From: Vulcanimicrobiota bacterium
GTDB taxonomy: Bacteria; Vulcanimicrobiota; Vulcanimicrobiia; Vulcanimicrobiales; Vulcanimicrobiaceae
DNA length: 64,000 bases
Assembly: GCA_963777315.1 (NCBI GenBank)
Contig: CAVZQC010000002.1
Location: 832,001-896,000, forward strand
Direction of reading: 5' to 3'
The notes under the pieces are model-generated. The model did not search any database, was not told where the DNA came from, and saw only the letters and a list, made by a program, of their open reading frames with translations. The translations under genes and the position numbers were made by a program. Position 1 is the stretch's first letter. Every line of letters starts with the position of its first letter. Shown piece by piece: positions 38,837 through 48,017 of the stretch.

Positions 38837-39289
38837 ATGGACATTCGAACACGTGAAGCGGATAAGGTACGGTACCTATCCCGAGAGCTATATCAAATAC
38901 TGATTTTCGTCGTTCGGTTCAAGAGAACAGGCAAATGCAGAAGCATGAAGTTCCAAGTTAGGACTACTCTTGGTGAAGAGTACACAGACGTATGGTACTC
39001 TACCGGCAAGTACAGTAAACCGAACCTGTACCGTGAAGACGAGCAGGAGACCGGAATCAACGGCTTCCTGGAACAGTGCCTGATCAGAAATCTTGGCACA
39101 TTGGAAGATTCGGAAGTCGAGTCGGCCTCGGATTTCAGACCGGTAGTAGTCCCTATCGCTATCCAGTACGTTCCCGGAAATGAGAGCCCCGTTGCGTCTT
39201 CTAAGGCAAACGGCCAACTTGAGCTCCCACTTTCCGACGGTCACGTTGTTCCGTTTGCTGGCCGCACATCCAAACGGAAACGGGCATAA
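38837..39289 (+). CDS. Hypothetical protein
   Basis: 150-aa ORF abutting the next ORF, co-oriented with xis/int. Confidence 0.6.
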   Translation: MDIRTREADKVRYLSRELYQILIFVVRFKRTGKCRSMKFQVRTTLGEEYTDVWYSTGKYSKPNLYREDEQETGINGFLEQCLIRNLGTLEDSEVESASDFRPVVVPIAIQYVPGNESPVASSKANGQLELPLSDGHVVPFAGRTSKRKRA

Positions 39290-39526
39290 ATGGGCACCGA
39301 TATTGATGCATGGCTGGATGATCTTGACATCGCGGAGGACGAGGGCGAGGAATCAATCTTTGAAGCCGCGGACGACGAGAGCAGCGATTCGATCTTCGAC
39401 ATCGCAGAATATGCGCGGGGCGATGCTATCGAAGTTACGCCGGACGGTTGTTATGTTGTCGCATTGCGTGGTGGCCGCTACTCTCGAATCCGAAAGATCG
39501 ATGAAGAGTGTGGAGAGCTAACGTGA
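39290..39526 (+). CDS. Small acidic hypothetical protein
   Basis: 78 aa with about 24 Asp/Glu; ATG immediately follows the upstream stop. Confidence 0.6.
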   Translation: MGTDIDAWLDDLDIAEDEGEESIFEAADDESSDSIFDIAEYARGDAIEVTPDGCYVVALRGGRYSRIRKIDEECGELT

Positions 39527-39620
39527 CAACGAATGTCGTACCGTTCGTCCGGGCCACAAACACGCGTGCGGACTCTAATCAATTCCCTTACTATTTGGCC
39601 TCGCGTGCGCGGCGTGTTCG

Positions 39621-40073
39621 TTGTGCATTGGGACAGGCGCTCAGGATAAGGTCGAAATGATGTCAAACACAGGCGCCGTCAGAACAGCGAGAGGCGCGAT
39701 CGGTATTCCAGTTGAGCCATGCACGGCGGCGACTTGGCCTCGATCCGCCGAGTCGTCCTCGGTACCGATCGATCGAACACTCACTGCTGCCGTGAAGAGT
39801 CTGGATGAAGCGCGCGAAGCGTTGAGCGCGCTGTGTCGGGCTTTATCGAGTGGTGCCGGTGATATACCCAGCATTGCGCCCATTCTGCTCACCGTACCAC
39901 AGGTATGTGAATTGCTGGGCTACCACAAGACGAAAGTATACGATCTGATGAATTGTGGTTTGCTGCCATATGTGACTGATTCCAACACCGGTCACCGCCG
40001 GATAGAATATCGCGCCGTTCAGCAACTTGTCAAAAGATTGCGTGGCCGGAATTCCGAACGGAAAGCGTCATAA
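39621..40073 (+). CDS. Excisionase-like helix-turn-helix protein (start uncertain)
   Basis: LLTVPQVCELLGYHKTKVYDLMNCGLLP; TAATG overlap with the integrase start. Confidence 0.8.
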   Translation: MCIGTGAQDKVEMMSNTGAVRTARGAIGIPVEPCTAATWPRSAESSSVPIDRTLTAAVKSLDEAREALSALCRALSSGAGDIPSIAPILLTVPQVCELLGYHKTKVYDLMNCGLLPYVTDSNTGHRRIEYRAVQQLVKRLRGRNSERKAS

Positions 40074-41491
40074 TGGGTAAGCGCGCACGCGGCGAAGGCA
40101 CCATTTACCGTCGCAAAGATGGGACATACGAGGGTAAGCTTTCGCTCAAGGGACCCCATGGACGCAGCGTCCGCAAGTCATTTTACGGAAAGACTCGGGC
40201 GGCCGTCGCAGACATGATGCGCCAGTACCGCACGGAACATGGCGGGGTTGCACAGTCTCGCGAGAGCACAACCCTCGCGGAGTATCTGACGGCTTGGCTT
40301 GGCGCGCTTAGCATCCGCCCGAACACGTATAGGTTGCGCGATCACGTTATCCGTAAGCACATTGTTCCGCACATCGGGGCCCGCGCGCTAAGTGATCTGA
40401 ATTCAGACGACGTGCGTTTCCTGTTGCGCCGGTGGAGGGATGATGAAGTCGGATTGGTGACCCAGCGCACGGCCTTTGTAACACTTTCGAGCGCTTTGAA
40501 CGTCGCACTACGTGAAGAGAAGATCGGCCGCAACGCGTGCAGCACAGTGCCCGCGCCAAAGCCTCCGCGACCGGACGTAACGGTGCTTGACGGCAAACAG
40601 GCGATCCGGCTTCTCAGTGTGGCTCGCGACCTACTGGAGCGTGCGCTATTCGCACTGGCTATAACCACGGGCATGCGCCAGGGCGAAATATTCGCGTTGT
40701 TTTGGAGCGATCTCGACTTGAAAGCCGGGACTGTCTCCGTCAAGAAAACTCTGACTGAGACCTGTGATGGACAGTTGGTGCGTACCGATCCCAAGACGGC
40801 TAAGTCCCGCCGCGTGATTTACCTTCCGACGATCGCTCGCAATGCGCTGCTCGAGTTGCGGTCGGCACGGAGTGAAGAAGACGGCTTCGTTTTCACATCC
40901 CCGGATGGTACAGCGATTCGCAAGAGCAATTTCATTCGCCGGGTCTTCAAACCACTGCTCAAGCTTGCTCAGTTGCCCGACGTCACGTTCCATAGTTTGC
41001 GCCACACCGCCAATTCGCTACTCATTGAGGCAGGCGAAGATCCGCTGGCGATCGCGGGCAGCCTCGGGCACGCGGATACGCGCATGATGTTCGAGCGGTA
41101 TGGCCATCTGTTCAGCCATACGGCGAAACGCGTTGCGCAGACCGCCGACCGGATTTTTGAGGCGCTTGAATCCAATTGTCGTACGGTTGTCGTAAATGCG
41201 GCGGATCGCTTCGGGAAGCCGCGCAAGCAAAAACGCCCAAATCCCTTACAGGACGGGCGTTTTCAAATGGTGGAGATGGGGGGACTCGAACCCCCGACCC
41301 CTTACATGCGAAGCAAGTGCTCTACCAGCTCGAGCTACATCCCCATTCGTTTTCCGTTGCGCCGGCGGGCTAAGGACGCCAAGCCGCCTGATTATACGGG
41401 GCCGGCGCGGAGCCTCCAAGGCCTCATACCCAATTTGAAAATGATTCTGCGAATTGTTGTCAAATTAGGCAAACGTGCGAGCCCGCTATAG
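40073..41491 (+). CDS. Tyrosine recombinase/integrase; frame reads through att and the antisense tRNA
   Basis: RARGEGTIY arm-binding start, TGMRQGE, HSLRHT, LGH and YGH catalytic motifs. Confidence 0.95.
   Translation: MGKRARGEGTIYRRKDGTYEGKLSLKGPHGRSVRKSFYGKTRAAVADMMRQYRTEHGGVAQSRESTTLAEYLTAWLGALSIRPNTYRLRDHVIRKHIVPHIGARALSDLNSDDVRFLLRRWRDDEVGLVTQRTAFVTLSSALNVALREEKIGRNACSTVPAPKPPRPDVTVLDGKQAIRLLSVARDLLERALFALAITTGMRQGEIFALFWSDLDLKAGTVSVKKTLTETCDGQLVRTDPKTAKSRRVIYLPTIARNALLELRSARSEEDGFVFTSPDGTAIRKSNFIRRVFKPLLKLAQLPDVTFHSLRHTANSLLIEAGEDPLAIAGSLGHADTRMMFERYGHLFSHTAKRVAQTADRIFEALESNCRTVVVNAADRFGKPRKQKRPNPLQDGRFQMVEMGGLEPPTPYMRSKCSTSSSYIPIRFPLRRRAKDAKPPDYTGPARSLQGLIPNLKMILRIVVKLGKRASPL
41172..41196. 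repeat. Putative integrase arm-type site (right)
   Basis: ccaattgtcgtacggttgtcgtaaa, matches 23171-23195. Confidence 0.75.
41229..41263 (-). terminator. Terminator-like hairpin downstream of tRNA-Ala
   Basis: aaaacgccc ... gggcgtttt inverted repeat next to the tRNA CCA end. Confidence 0.6.
41268..41344 (-). tRNA. tRNA-Ala (anticodon CGC)
   Basis: GGGGATG/CATCTCC acceptor stem with G3:U70, anticodon loop TTCGCAT, GTTCGA T-loop, encoded CCA. Confidence 0.95.
41432..41455 (+). promoter_or_regulatory. Putative Zur/Fur box
   Basis: aatttgaaaatgattctgcgaatt, an AT-rich imperfect palindrome just upstream of the zur-znu operon. Confidence 0.6.
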
Positions 41492-41858
41492 CACCCAGCC
41501 CAGGGAACGAATCTGCGATATCCTTCGGTCCGAGCGCCGCTATTTGTCCGCGGCGGAGATCCATAATCTCTTAAAGAGAGCCCGCACCAAAGTCTCGCTT
41601 TCGACCGTCTACCGCACGCTCGATTTGCTGCACGCCAACGGCGAGGCCAGTTCCCGCGTCGACGAGCGCGGCGAGTCGACGTTTGTGATGTGCGCGCCCA
41701 CCCATCACCATCATGCGATCTGCAGGAGTTGCGGCAAAGTGGAAGAGGTCGCCTGCGAAGCGATGGAGCGGTTCGCGCGCGAGTTGCGCAGCCATCACGG
41801 TTTCGCGCTCGACGATCATGCGATGGAGTTTTTCGGGCGGTGCGCAGCGTGTCGCTGA
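41475..41858 (+). CDS. zur: Fur-family regulator, probably Zur
   Basis: STVYRTL, HHHHAICRSCG and CAAC; heads a Zn ABC operon. Confidence 0.8.
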   Translation: MRARYSTQPRERICDILRSERRYLSAAEIHNLLKRARTKVSLSTVYRTLDLLHANGEASSRVDERGESTFVMCAPTHHHHAICRSCGKVEEVACEAMERFARELRSHHGFALDDHAMEFFGRCAACR

Positions 41859-42745
41859 AGTGCCTTTGTATTGCGGTAGCGGCGTTGGGGCTTGCAAGCT
41901 GCAGTTCAGCCGCTCCGCAGGCTCGCAGTTCTTCGATGCCTCAGAACGACACAGGCAAAATTCGCGTCGTCACCACGTTTTCCACGCTGAATTCATTCGT
42001 GCACGGCGTCGGGGGTGAGCGCGTTCAGGTGCGCAACTTGGTGCCGGTCGGCGCGTCCCCGGAAACGTATCAGCCCGCGCCGCAGGATATCGCCGCGCTC
42101 AGCGATGCGCAACTCGTCGTGCAGAACGGCGCGGGCATTGAAGTCTGGCTGCAGCATACGATCGAAAGCGCCGGCAAGCCGGGACTGCCCGTGCTGATGC
42201 TCTCCGACGGTTTGCCGAGAATCGACCACAACCCGCACCTGTGGATGGACCCCGTGCTGGCGCGAGCGTACGTGGCAAAGATGCGCGATCAGCTCGTCGC
42301 GATGGACCCCTCGCACACAAGCGACTACCGCCGCAACGCCCGCGACTACGACGCCGAGCTAGTTGCCTTGCAACGGTCGATCGCAAAACGCATTGCAACG
42401 ATTCCGCCGCAGCGCCGCGCCATGATCATCTTCCACAACGCATTCGACTACTACAACCGGCGTTTCGGCATTCGAACCGTCGGCGTAATCGAGCTCTCGC
42501 CCGGGCAAGATCCGTCGCCCGCGTACATCGCCGCGTTAGTCGACCTGGCGAGAAAAAACCATGTGCGCGCCGTCTTCTCGGAGCCCGAATACAGCCCCAA
42601 ACTCGCGCAGACGCTGGCCAAAAGCGCCGGCATCCAGATCGTCTCCGATCTGTACGATGATTCCGTGGGCAACGATCCGCGCGTGCGCAACTATATCGAC
42701 ATGCTCGATTACGACACGAACGTGATCGTACGGGCGCTCAAATGA
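41849..42745 (+). CDS. Zn/Mn ABC transporter substrate-binding lipoprotein (ZnuA-like)
   Basis: Lipobox LASC, NPHLWMDP and FHNAFDY; GTG start at 41849 assumed. Confidence 0.9.
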   Translation: MSLKCLCIAVAALGLASCSSAAPQARSSSMPQNDTGKIRVVTTFSTLNSFVHGVGGERVQVRNLVPVGASPETYQPAPQDIAALSDAQLVVQNGAGIEVWLQHTIESAGKPGLPVLMLSDGLPRIDHNPHLWMDPVLARAYVAKMRDQLVAMDPSHTSDYRRNARDYDAELVALQRSIAKRIATIPPQRRAMIIFHNAFDYYNRRFGIRTVGVIELSPGQDPSPAYIAALVDLARKNHVRAVFSEPEYSPKLAQTLAKSAGIQIVSDLYDDSVGNDPRVRNYIDMLDYDTNVIVRALK

Positions 42746-43482
42746 GCGACGCGGTCGACGTCACCGATCTCGTCGTGCGCTATGAAAACGTCGTCGCTTT
42801 GGACGGCGCCAATCTGCACGTGAATTTCGGCGAAGCGCTCGGTATCGTCGGCCCCAACGGCTCGGGCAAGTCGACCTTGCTCAAAACGATTGCAGGTTTG
42901 CTTGAACCCAGCGCGGGCGACGTCGAGGTGCTGGGAAAGCGTCCCCGAGCGCTGCCGCCCGGGACGATAGCGTACGTGCCGCAAATCGAAGCCGTCGACT
43001 GGACGTTCCCGGCCAGCGTCTACGACGTCGTGGCGATGGGGCGCTTTCCGCGGCTGGGCATGTTCGGTCGCTTTGCCGCAACCGATCGCGCGGCAGTCAA
43101 TCGCGCGCTCGGCCTTCTGAACATGGAAGATCTGGCCAAGCGGCATATCTCCGCGCTCTCGGGAGGGCAGCAGCAGCGCGCGTTCGTAGCGCGCGCGATC
43201 GCACAGCAGCCCAAACTGCTTTTGCTCGATGAACCAACGACGGGCGTCGACGCGCAAACCGAAGAGGCGCTGCGGCAAGTTGTGCGCGATCTAGTCGGAG
43301 GCGGCATGCCGGTGGTGATGACGACGCACGATCTCGATCGCGCCCCGGAATGGTTCGACCGGTTGCTGGTGCTCGACCGGCGCGTCCTTGCCGTCGGCAC
43401 GCCGCACGACGTCCTGGCTTCGGGCGCGTATGCCGCGATCCGCGAGCACACGCACGTTCACGGCCACATGCGCGTCGACTGA
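42742..43482 (+). CDS. Metal ABC transporter ATPase (ZnuC-like)
   Basis: GPNGSGKST, LSGGQQQR and LLLDEP; His-rich tail. Confidence 0.92.
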   Translation: MSDAVDVTDLVVRYENVVALDGANLHVNFGEALGIVGPNGSGKSTLLKTIAGLLEPSAGDVEVLGKRPRALPPGTIAYVPQIEAVDWTFPASVYDVVAMGRFPRLGMFGRFAATDRAAVNRALGLLNMEDLAKRHISALSGGQQQRAFVARAIAQQPKLLLLDEPTTGVDAQTEEALRQVVRDLVGGGMPVVMTTHDLDRAPEWFDRLLVLDRRVLAVGTPHDVLASGAYAAIREHTHVHGHMRVD

Positions 43483-44312
43483 TGGAGCGTCTGGTCGAGC
43501 CGTTTCACTACGCGTTCATGCAGCGCGCGTTCGTCGCCGCGTTGTTCGTCGGCGTCCTGTGCTCGTCGATGGGAACGTACGTGGTGCTGCGGCGCCTTTC
43601 GTTCATCGGCGACGGCATCGCGCACGCGTCGTTCGCGGGGATCGTCATTGCGTACCTGCGCAGCGCCGACTATTACCTTGGAGCCGGCATCGTGGCGGTG
43701 CTCACTGCGCTGGGTATCGGATTCGTCCATCGCCGCGGCCGCGTCGCGCTGGACACCGCCATAGGCGTGTTGTTTACCGGTTCCTTTGCCCTGGGCATTT
43801 TTCTGATGAGCCGCCAGCGCACGTATTCCATCGATCTGCAGAGTTTTCTGTTCGGCGACATACTTTCGGTCAACAGCCGCGACGTGCTGACGATCGTCGC
43901 GCTCGCGCTGCTGGTCGCCGTCGTCACCGCCCTGATGTACCGAGCGCTGCTGTACACGTCGTTCGATCCCATCGTCGCGCAGGCCGGCGGAATCAACGCA
44001 CCGCTGGTGGAGTACGTGCTGCTCGTGCTGCTGGCGCTCACGATCGTCATCTCGCTACAAGCCGTCGGGATCGTGCTGGTGGCCGCTTTGCTGGTTACGC
44101 CGGCCGCAGCCGCGTATCAGCTCACGACGCGCTTTACGCGGATGATGGGACTTTCGGCGTTGTTCGGTGCGCTGTGCGCCGTGGGCGGATTATATTTATC
44201 GTATTACCTGGGCAGTTCGAGCGGCGCGACCATCGTGCTGCTCGCGACGATCATGTTTTTTACGGCCATCGGCGGAAAGCATCTGCGCAGCGCTATTGCG
44301 CGACGAGCGTAA
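43482..44312 (+). CDS. Metal ABC transporter permease (ZnuB-like)
   Basis: GDGIAHASFAG, FLFGDIL and VGIVLVAALLVTPAA. Confidence 0.92.
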   Translation: MERLVEPFHYAFMQRAFVAALFVGVLCSSMGTYVVLRRLSFIGDGIAHASFAGIVIAYLRSADYYLGAGIVAVLTALGIGFVHRRGRVALDTAIGVLFTGSFALGIFLMSRQRTYSIDLQSFLFGDILSVNSRDVLTIVALALLVAVVTALMYRALLYTSFDPIVAQAGGINAPLVEYVLLVLLALTIVISLQAVGIVLVAALLVTPAAAAYQLTTRFTRMMGLSALFGALCAVGGLYLSYYLGSSSGATIVLLATIMFFTAIGGKHLRSAIARRA

Positions 44313-45090
44313 ACGGGGCGGTGAAGCGCACGTTCTTTACGCTGATCTGCAGCCACATCCGGTACGTTCCGCGTGGCAGCGCCGGCAGCGGCAACTGCGG
44401 GCGATCGTATTCTCCCGGGTACCACATGCCCATGGCGGTGCCTTCGTACAAGCCGACGTACTTGAGCGAGCCGGTATTGATGACCGAAGCGACGGTCTTG
44501 AACGATCGGAATTTCGGCGGCGTGACGAGCCGGCCATTGCGCGTAACGGTTGCCGACAGCGTTACCGGCGTGTTCGCGCGAAAGCGCGCCGTTGAGAGCG
44601 CAATCTCGTAAGGACCTGCGCCCGAGGTGTTATCGGGTTTGGCCAAAGTCGTATCGATGTGATGCGGCGGCGAGCCGTTTTGCAGCGTGAACCTGAAGGC
44701 CTGTTCGCCGATGCCGCGGCCGACGAATGAGTCGACGAACGCATAATACCGGTGATCGGCGTCCAGCGCCACGCTCACGGTAAAATGCCCGTTGGGCAAA
44801 ACGTGCGGGTGAAGGTGCGAAAACGTGCGGAAGTCGTCGCGAACCAAGAGCACGTGCACCGGCGCACCGGCGACCGAAAAATACGACGTAACCGGTTTGC
44901 CGTCGCGCATGGAAAGTTGCACCAGATCCAAGGCGTTGTCGCCCACGCGCTGCAACTTGGAAACGATGCGCGCACGCAAGCCGTAAGCGGCGAACGTGCC
45001 CGTCTGCTCGCGTACCGCAGCAGTCGCGGCGAGCGCATACAGCGGTGCGAGCGCCAGTGCGATTACTGCGAGGATCGAACGACTCGCCAT
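44293..45090 (-). CDS. Secreted hypothetical protein, possible metal-binding
   Basis: Signal peptide; HVLLVRDDFRTFSHLHP; two similar beta-rich halves. Confidence 0.7.
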   Translation of the reverse strand: MASRSILAVIALALAPLYALAATAAVREQTGTFAAYGLRARIVSKLQRVGDNALDLVQLSMRDGKPVTSYFSVAGAPVHVLLVRDDFRTFSHLHPHVLPNGHFTVSVALDADHRYYAFVDSFVGRGIGEQAFRFTLQNGSPPHHIDTTLAKPDNTSGAGPYEIALSTARFRANTPVTLSATVTRNGRLVTPPKFRSFKTVASVINTGSLKYVGLYEGTAMGMWYPGEYDRPQLPLPALPRGTYRMWLQISVKNVRFTAPFTLVAQ

Positions 45091-46208
45091 GTTTCCTCTC
45101 CGGTCTGTTGCAAAAAGCCGCCGCTCGCAAGCGCATCGAGCGCTTCGGCCAAGGCGGCTCGTTCATTCTTGTTCGGCATTCCTGCCCACTGCATCGCCGC
45201 ATCGCTCAAATGGACGTCGTTCCCGGGATGCAGCAGATCGGCCAGAAATGCGGACGGCAGTTTCACGCGCTCCATCCGGCGCGCCACCGGCTGCAGCGCG
45301 CGTTCGAAGTCGCTTTCCACGGACGGCGGCGACGGCGCCGGCCCAGGCTGCGGCTGCGGAACCGGCTGAGGCTGCGGAACCGGCTGAGGCTGCGGAACCG
45401 GCTGTGCAGCCGGCTGTCTTTGGAGTGCAACGCTGTTCGTCACCGAAGGCGGACGCTTTGCCAGTGCGGCATCCGCCATGCGCGGGAACCATTCGCCCAG
45501 CATGGCGCCCAGCGCGTGCAGCGGAACCGCGTTCAAGCGCGCGGGCCGCGTTTCGATCGCGCGCACGATGCGTTTGGCAACGTGCTGCGCGCTCACGGGA
45601 ATCCACGAAGGCCCGTACGATGCGATTCCCGATGAGGTTGCGAAATTAGTGCGGACCGAACCGGGATCGATGAAGGTTACGGCAATGCCGGTGCCGCGCA
45701 ATTCGCGCCGAAGCTGCACTGCCGCGGCGCGCACCGCGGCTTTGGCAGCGCAATACGCGCCGTAGTACGGCGACGGCACTCGCGAAAGGCCCGAACCCAC
45801 GAGCATCACCTGTCCGCCGCTGCTGCGCAGCATGGGCAATGCGGCGCGCGTAATGCGCAGCGGCGCCGCTACGTGCACCTGCCACTGTGCGTCGATCTCC
45901 GCGTCGCTTTGCTCGAGCAGCGCGCCGGCGGTAGCGTACCCTGCGTTGTTGATCAGCACGTCGAGTCTTCCAAAATGCGATTGCGCCGCAGTCACGATCC
46001 TCGCCGGCGCATCCGCCGCAGTGACGTCGAGCGCAAGCTGCTGGCAGACTGCGCCGGATGCGGTGATTTCGGCCGTCAGTTCGCCGAGCGGTTCCGGGTG
46101 TTTGGAAACTGCCAAAACCGCATAGCCTTTTTGCGCGCACTGCAGCGCGATCTGTTTTCCTATTCCCGAACCTGCGCCGGTGACGACGACGACTTTGCGA
46201 TCAGGCAT
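45063..46208 (-). CDS. SDR oxidoreductase with Pro/Gln linker and extra C-terminal domain
   Basis: TGAGSGIG, NNAG and YCAAK; start trimmed to the ATG at 46208. Confidence 0.9.
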   Translation of the reverse strand: MPDRKVVVVTGAGSGIGKQIALQCAQKGYAVLAVSKHPEPLGELTAEITASGAVCQQLALDVTAADAPARIVTAAQSHFGRLDVLINNAGYATAGALLEQSDAEIDAQWQVHVAAPLRITRAALPMLRSSGGQVMLVGSGLSRVPSPYYGAYCAAKAAVRAAAVQLRRELRGTGIAVTFIDPGSVRTNFATSSGIASYGPSWIPVSAQHVAKRIVRAIETRPARLNAVPLHALGAMLGEWFPRMADAALAKRPPSVTNSVALQRQPAAQPVPQPQPVPQPQPVPQPQPGPAPSPPSVESDFERALQPVARRMERVKLPSAFLADLLHPGNDVHLSDAAMQWAGMPNKNERAALAEALDALASGGFLQQTGEETWRVVRSSQ

Positions 46209-47448
46209 GAACGTTCGGCACGCCGGCCAGATACCGCTGGAAGAGTGACGCGTGGTACGCCTTGTCCATGTTGCCGTACCACTCTTGCTCGGCCACGATT
46301 GGCGCGGGAAGCGGCGCAACGGTGCGGCTTTCTTGCGCAAAGCGTTTGAGCGTGTCGGCGAGCGGCTTGAATGAACCGTTGCTGCGCACGATTCCGAACG
46401 TCATCTCGTGTTTGGCGCGATCGAAGGGCGGCGTATCGGCCAGTGCCTTGACGTAGTCCGCCCAGTTCCACCAAAAGGCGCCCAGCGCGCCGCGCTGCTG
46501 CAGTCGGTCGAGGACCTCACGGCAATACGTCGCCATCTCGTCTTCGGTCAGGCAGGCATACGGGGCGGCATTGGGCGGCAGTTTCGAGGTGTCCGCGACC
46601 GGATCGCCCGGCAAAGGCTCTCTGTCGTACGGTGAAACGGTGTTCGGCGGACACGTGGGATTGCCGAACTCGTTGAACAACACCGGTTTGCCGGACATCG
46701 ACTGCCAGAGCTGACACAGAAACGGCACGACTTCCGGGTCGGTTCGGCTTCGAGCGAAATCGCTATACACGGAATATCCGTGCATCACCGCGCACGCGAA
46801 TGGTTTGCAGAACGAGGACGGGCGTATGCCGCGATCGTCGGTCATGTCTTCACTGTGGTTTCCGGCCGTGCACGCAATGCCCGATACCTCGAGCAGATCC
46901 TCGGTCAGCCGTTGCGACCAGCCGGACGCTTCTTGCGGTGAATCGGCGCTGCGCACGTTGCTGAATTCATTGCCCAAATCCCACATGTACAAGCCGGCGT
47001 GTCCGCGCGCGCGTTCGCCCACGGCTCGCACGTGCAGACTGCACGCATCCAGCAGCGGACCCGAATAAAAATCGCCCGCGCCCCAAGGATATTCGCGCAA
47101 ACCGCGCCCGAACGTTCGAAAGCGCCCGTGCGGACGCGCTTGGTCGAGCGCCCATTCCGGCACGTAGTTCACGCCGCTCATGTGCCCGGTGAAAAATGCC
47201 GGCATGGCCTGCAGGCCCGCGTCCGCAACCGCATCCATGAATGCGTCAAAATGCCGCAGCATGGTTTGGTCCATCTCGCCGGCCTGCGGCTGAAAATCGT
47301 CCCACATGATGAAAAAGCGAACGACGGAAAGTCCCAAAGACCGAATGCGAGCCAGATCCTCGCGAATTTCACCCGCATCGAAGCGCTCCCACATGTACAT
47401 TGCGCTGCGGGCGGGCCAGTAATTTATTCCGAGCAAAAACGAAGCCAT
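46201..47448 (-). CDS. Clan GH-A glycoside hydrolase (GH5-like, mannanase-like)
   Basis: GINYWP, WDLGNEF acid/base and NEFG nucleophile. Confidence 0.82.
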   Translation of the reverse strand: MASFLLGINYWPARSAMYMWERFDAGEIREDLARIRSLGLSVVRFFIMWDDFQPQAGEMDQTMLRHFDAFMDAVADAGLQAMPAFFTGHMSGVNYVPEWALDQARPHGRFRTFGRGLREYPWGAGDFYSGPLLDACSLHVRAVGERARGHAGLYMWDLGNEFSNVRSADSPQEASGWSQRLTEDLLEVSGIACTAGNHSEDMTDDRGIRPSSFCKPFACAVMHGYSVYSDFARSRTDPEVVPFLCQLWQSMSGKPVLFNEFGNPTCPPNTVSPYDREPLPGDPVADTSKLPPNAAPYACLTEDEMATYCREVLDRLQQRGALGAFWWNWADYVKALADTPPFDRAKHEMTFGIVRSNGSFKPLADTLKRFAQESRTVAPLPAPIVAEQEWYGNMDKAYHASLFQRYLAGVPNVHA

Positions 47449-47528
47449 GCCGCAACATTTCCCCTCCGGGCGCGTCTTCATGCTACGCGCACAGGCCTGC
47501 CGCGCGCGGGCCGTGAAGCAACGCCGCA

Positions 47529-48014
47529 ATGGCAGGCTCGAACGCACCCTTGGTCGGCATCATCATGGGCAGCGTTTCGGATATGGAAACGATGGCCGGT
47601 GCGCGCGACGTGCTCCAAGAACTGGGCATTGCCTTTGAGATGCGCGTGATTTCCGCGCATCGAACGCCCGAAGCGATGTTCCAATACGCGCGCGAGGCCG
47701 CGGGCAGAGGCTTGCAGGCGATTATCGCCGGGGCCGGCGGCGCGGCGCATCTTCCGGGGATGACGGCGTCGTACACGCTCCTGCCGGTCATCGGCGTACC
47801 GGTGCAGACTGCAGCGCTGGGCGGATTGGATTCCCTGCTGTCGATCGTGCAGATGCCCCGCGGCATCCCGGTTGCCACCGTCGCGATCGGAAACGCGGCC
47901 AACGCCGCGCTGCTGGCCGCGCGCATCCTGGCGCTGCACGACAAGGATGTCGAATCGAAGTTGTCCCGGTACGCGCAGCGTCTGCACGATGCCGTGACGT
48001 CCGCGCAACTGTAA
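47529..48014 (+). CDS. purE: N5-CAIR mutase
   Basis: [23 protein letters not shown] and [14 protein letters not shown]. Confidence 0.97.
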   Translation: MAGSNAPLVGIIMGSVSDMETMAGARDVLQELGIAFEMRVISAHRTPEAMFQYAREAAGRGLQAIIAGAGGAAHLPGMTASYTLLPVIGVPVQTAALGGLDSLLSIVQMPRGIPVATVAIGNAANAALLAARILALHDKDVESKLSRYAQRLHDAVTSAQL

Positions 48015-48017
48015 CCT

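Larger units (their letters stand above)
23028..41313. mobile_element. Integrative defence island (~18.3 kb) inserted in tRNA-Ala(CGC)
   Basis: Direct 18-bp cores at both ends, tyrosine integrase and xis next to the tRNA, arm repeats, visibly more AT-rich sequence, defence cargo. Confidence 0.92.

Noticed and set aside
23028..41313. Prophage or conjugative ICE
   Set aside because: No structural, terminase, lysis, relaxase or T4SS genes recognised.
45345..45410. 18-bp tandem repeat as a non-coding element
   Set aside because: It encodes the in-frame PQPQPV linker of the SDR protein.
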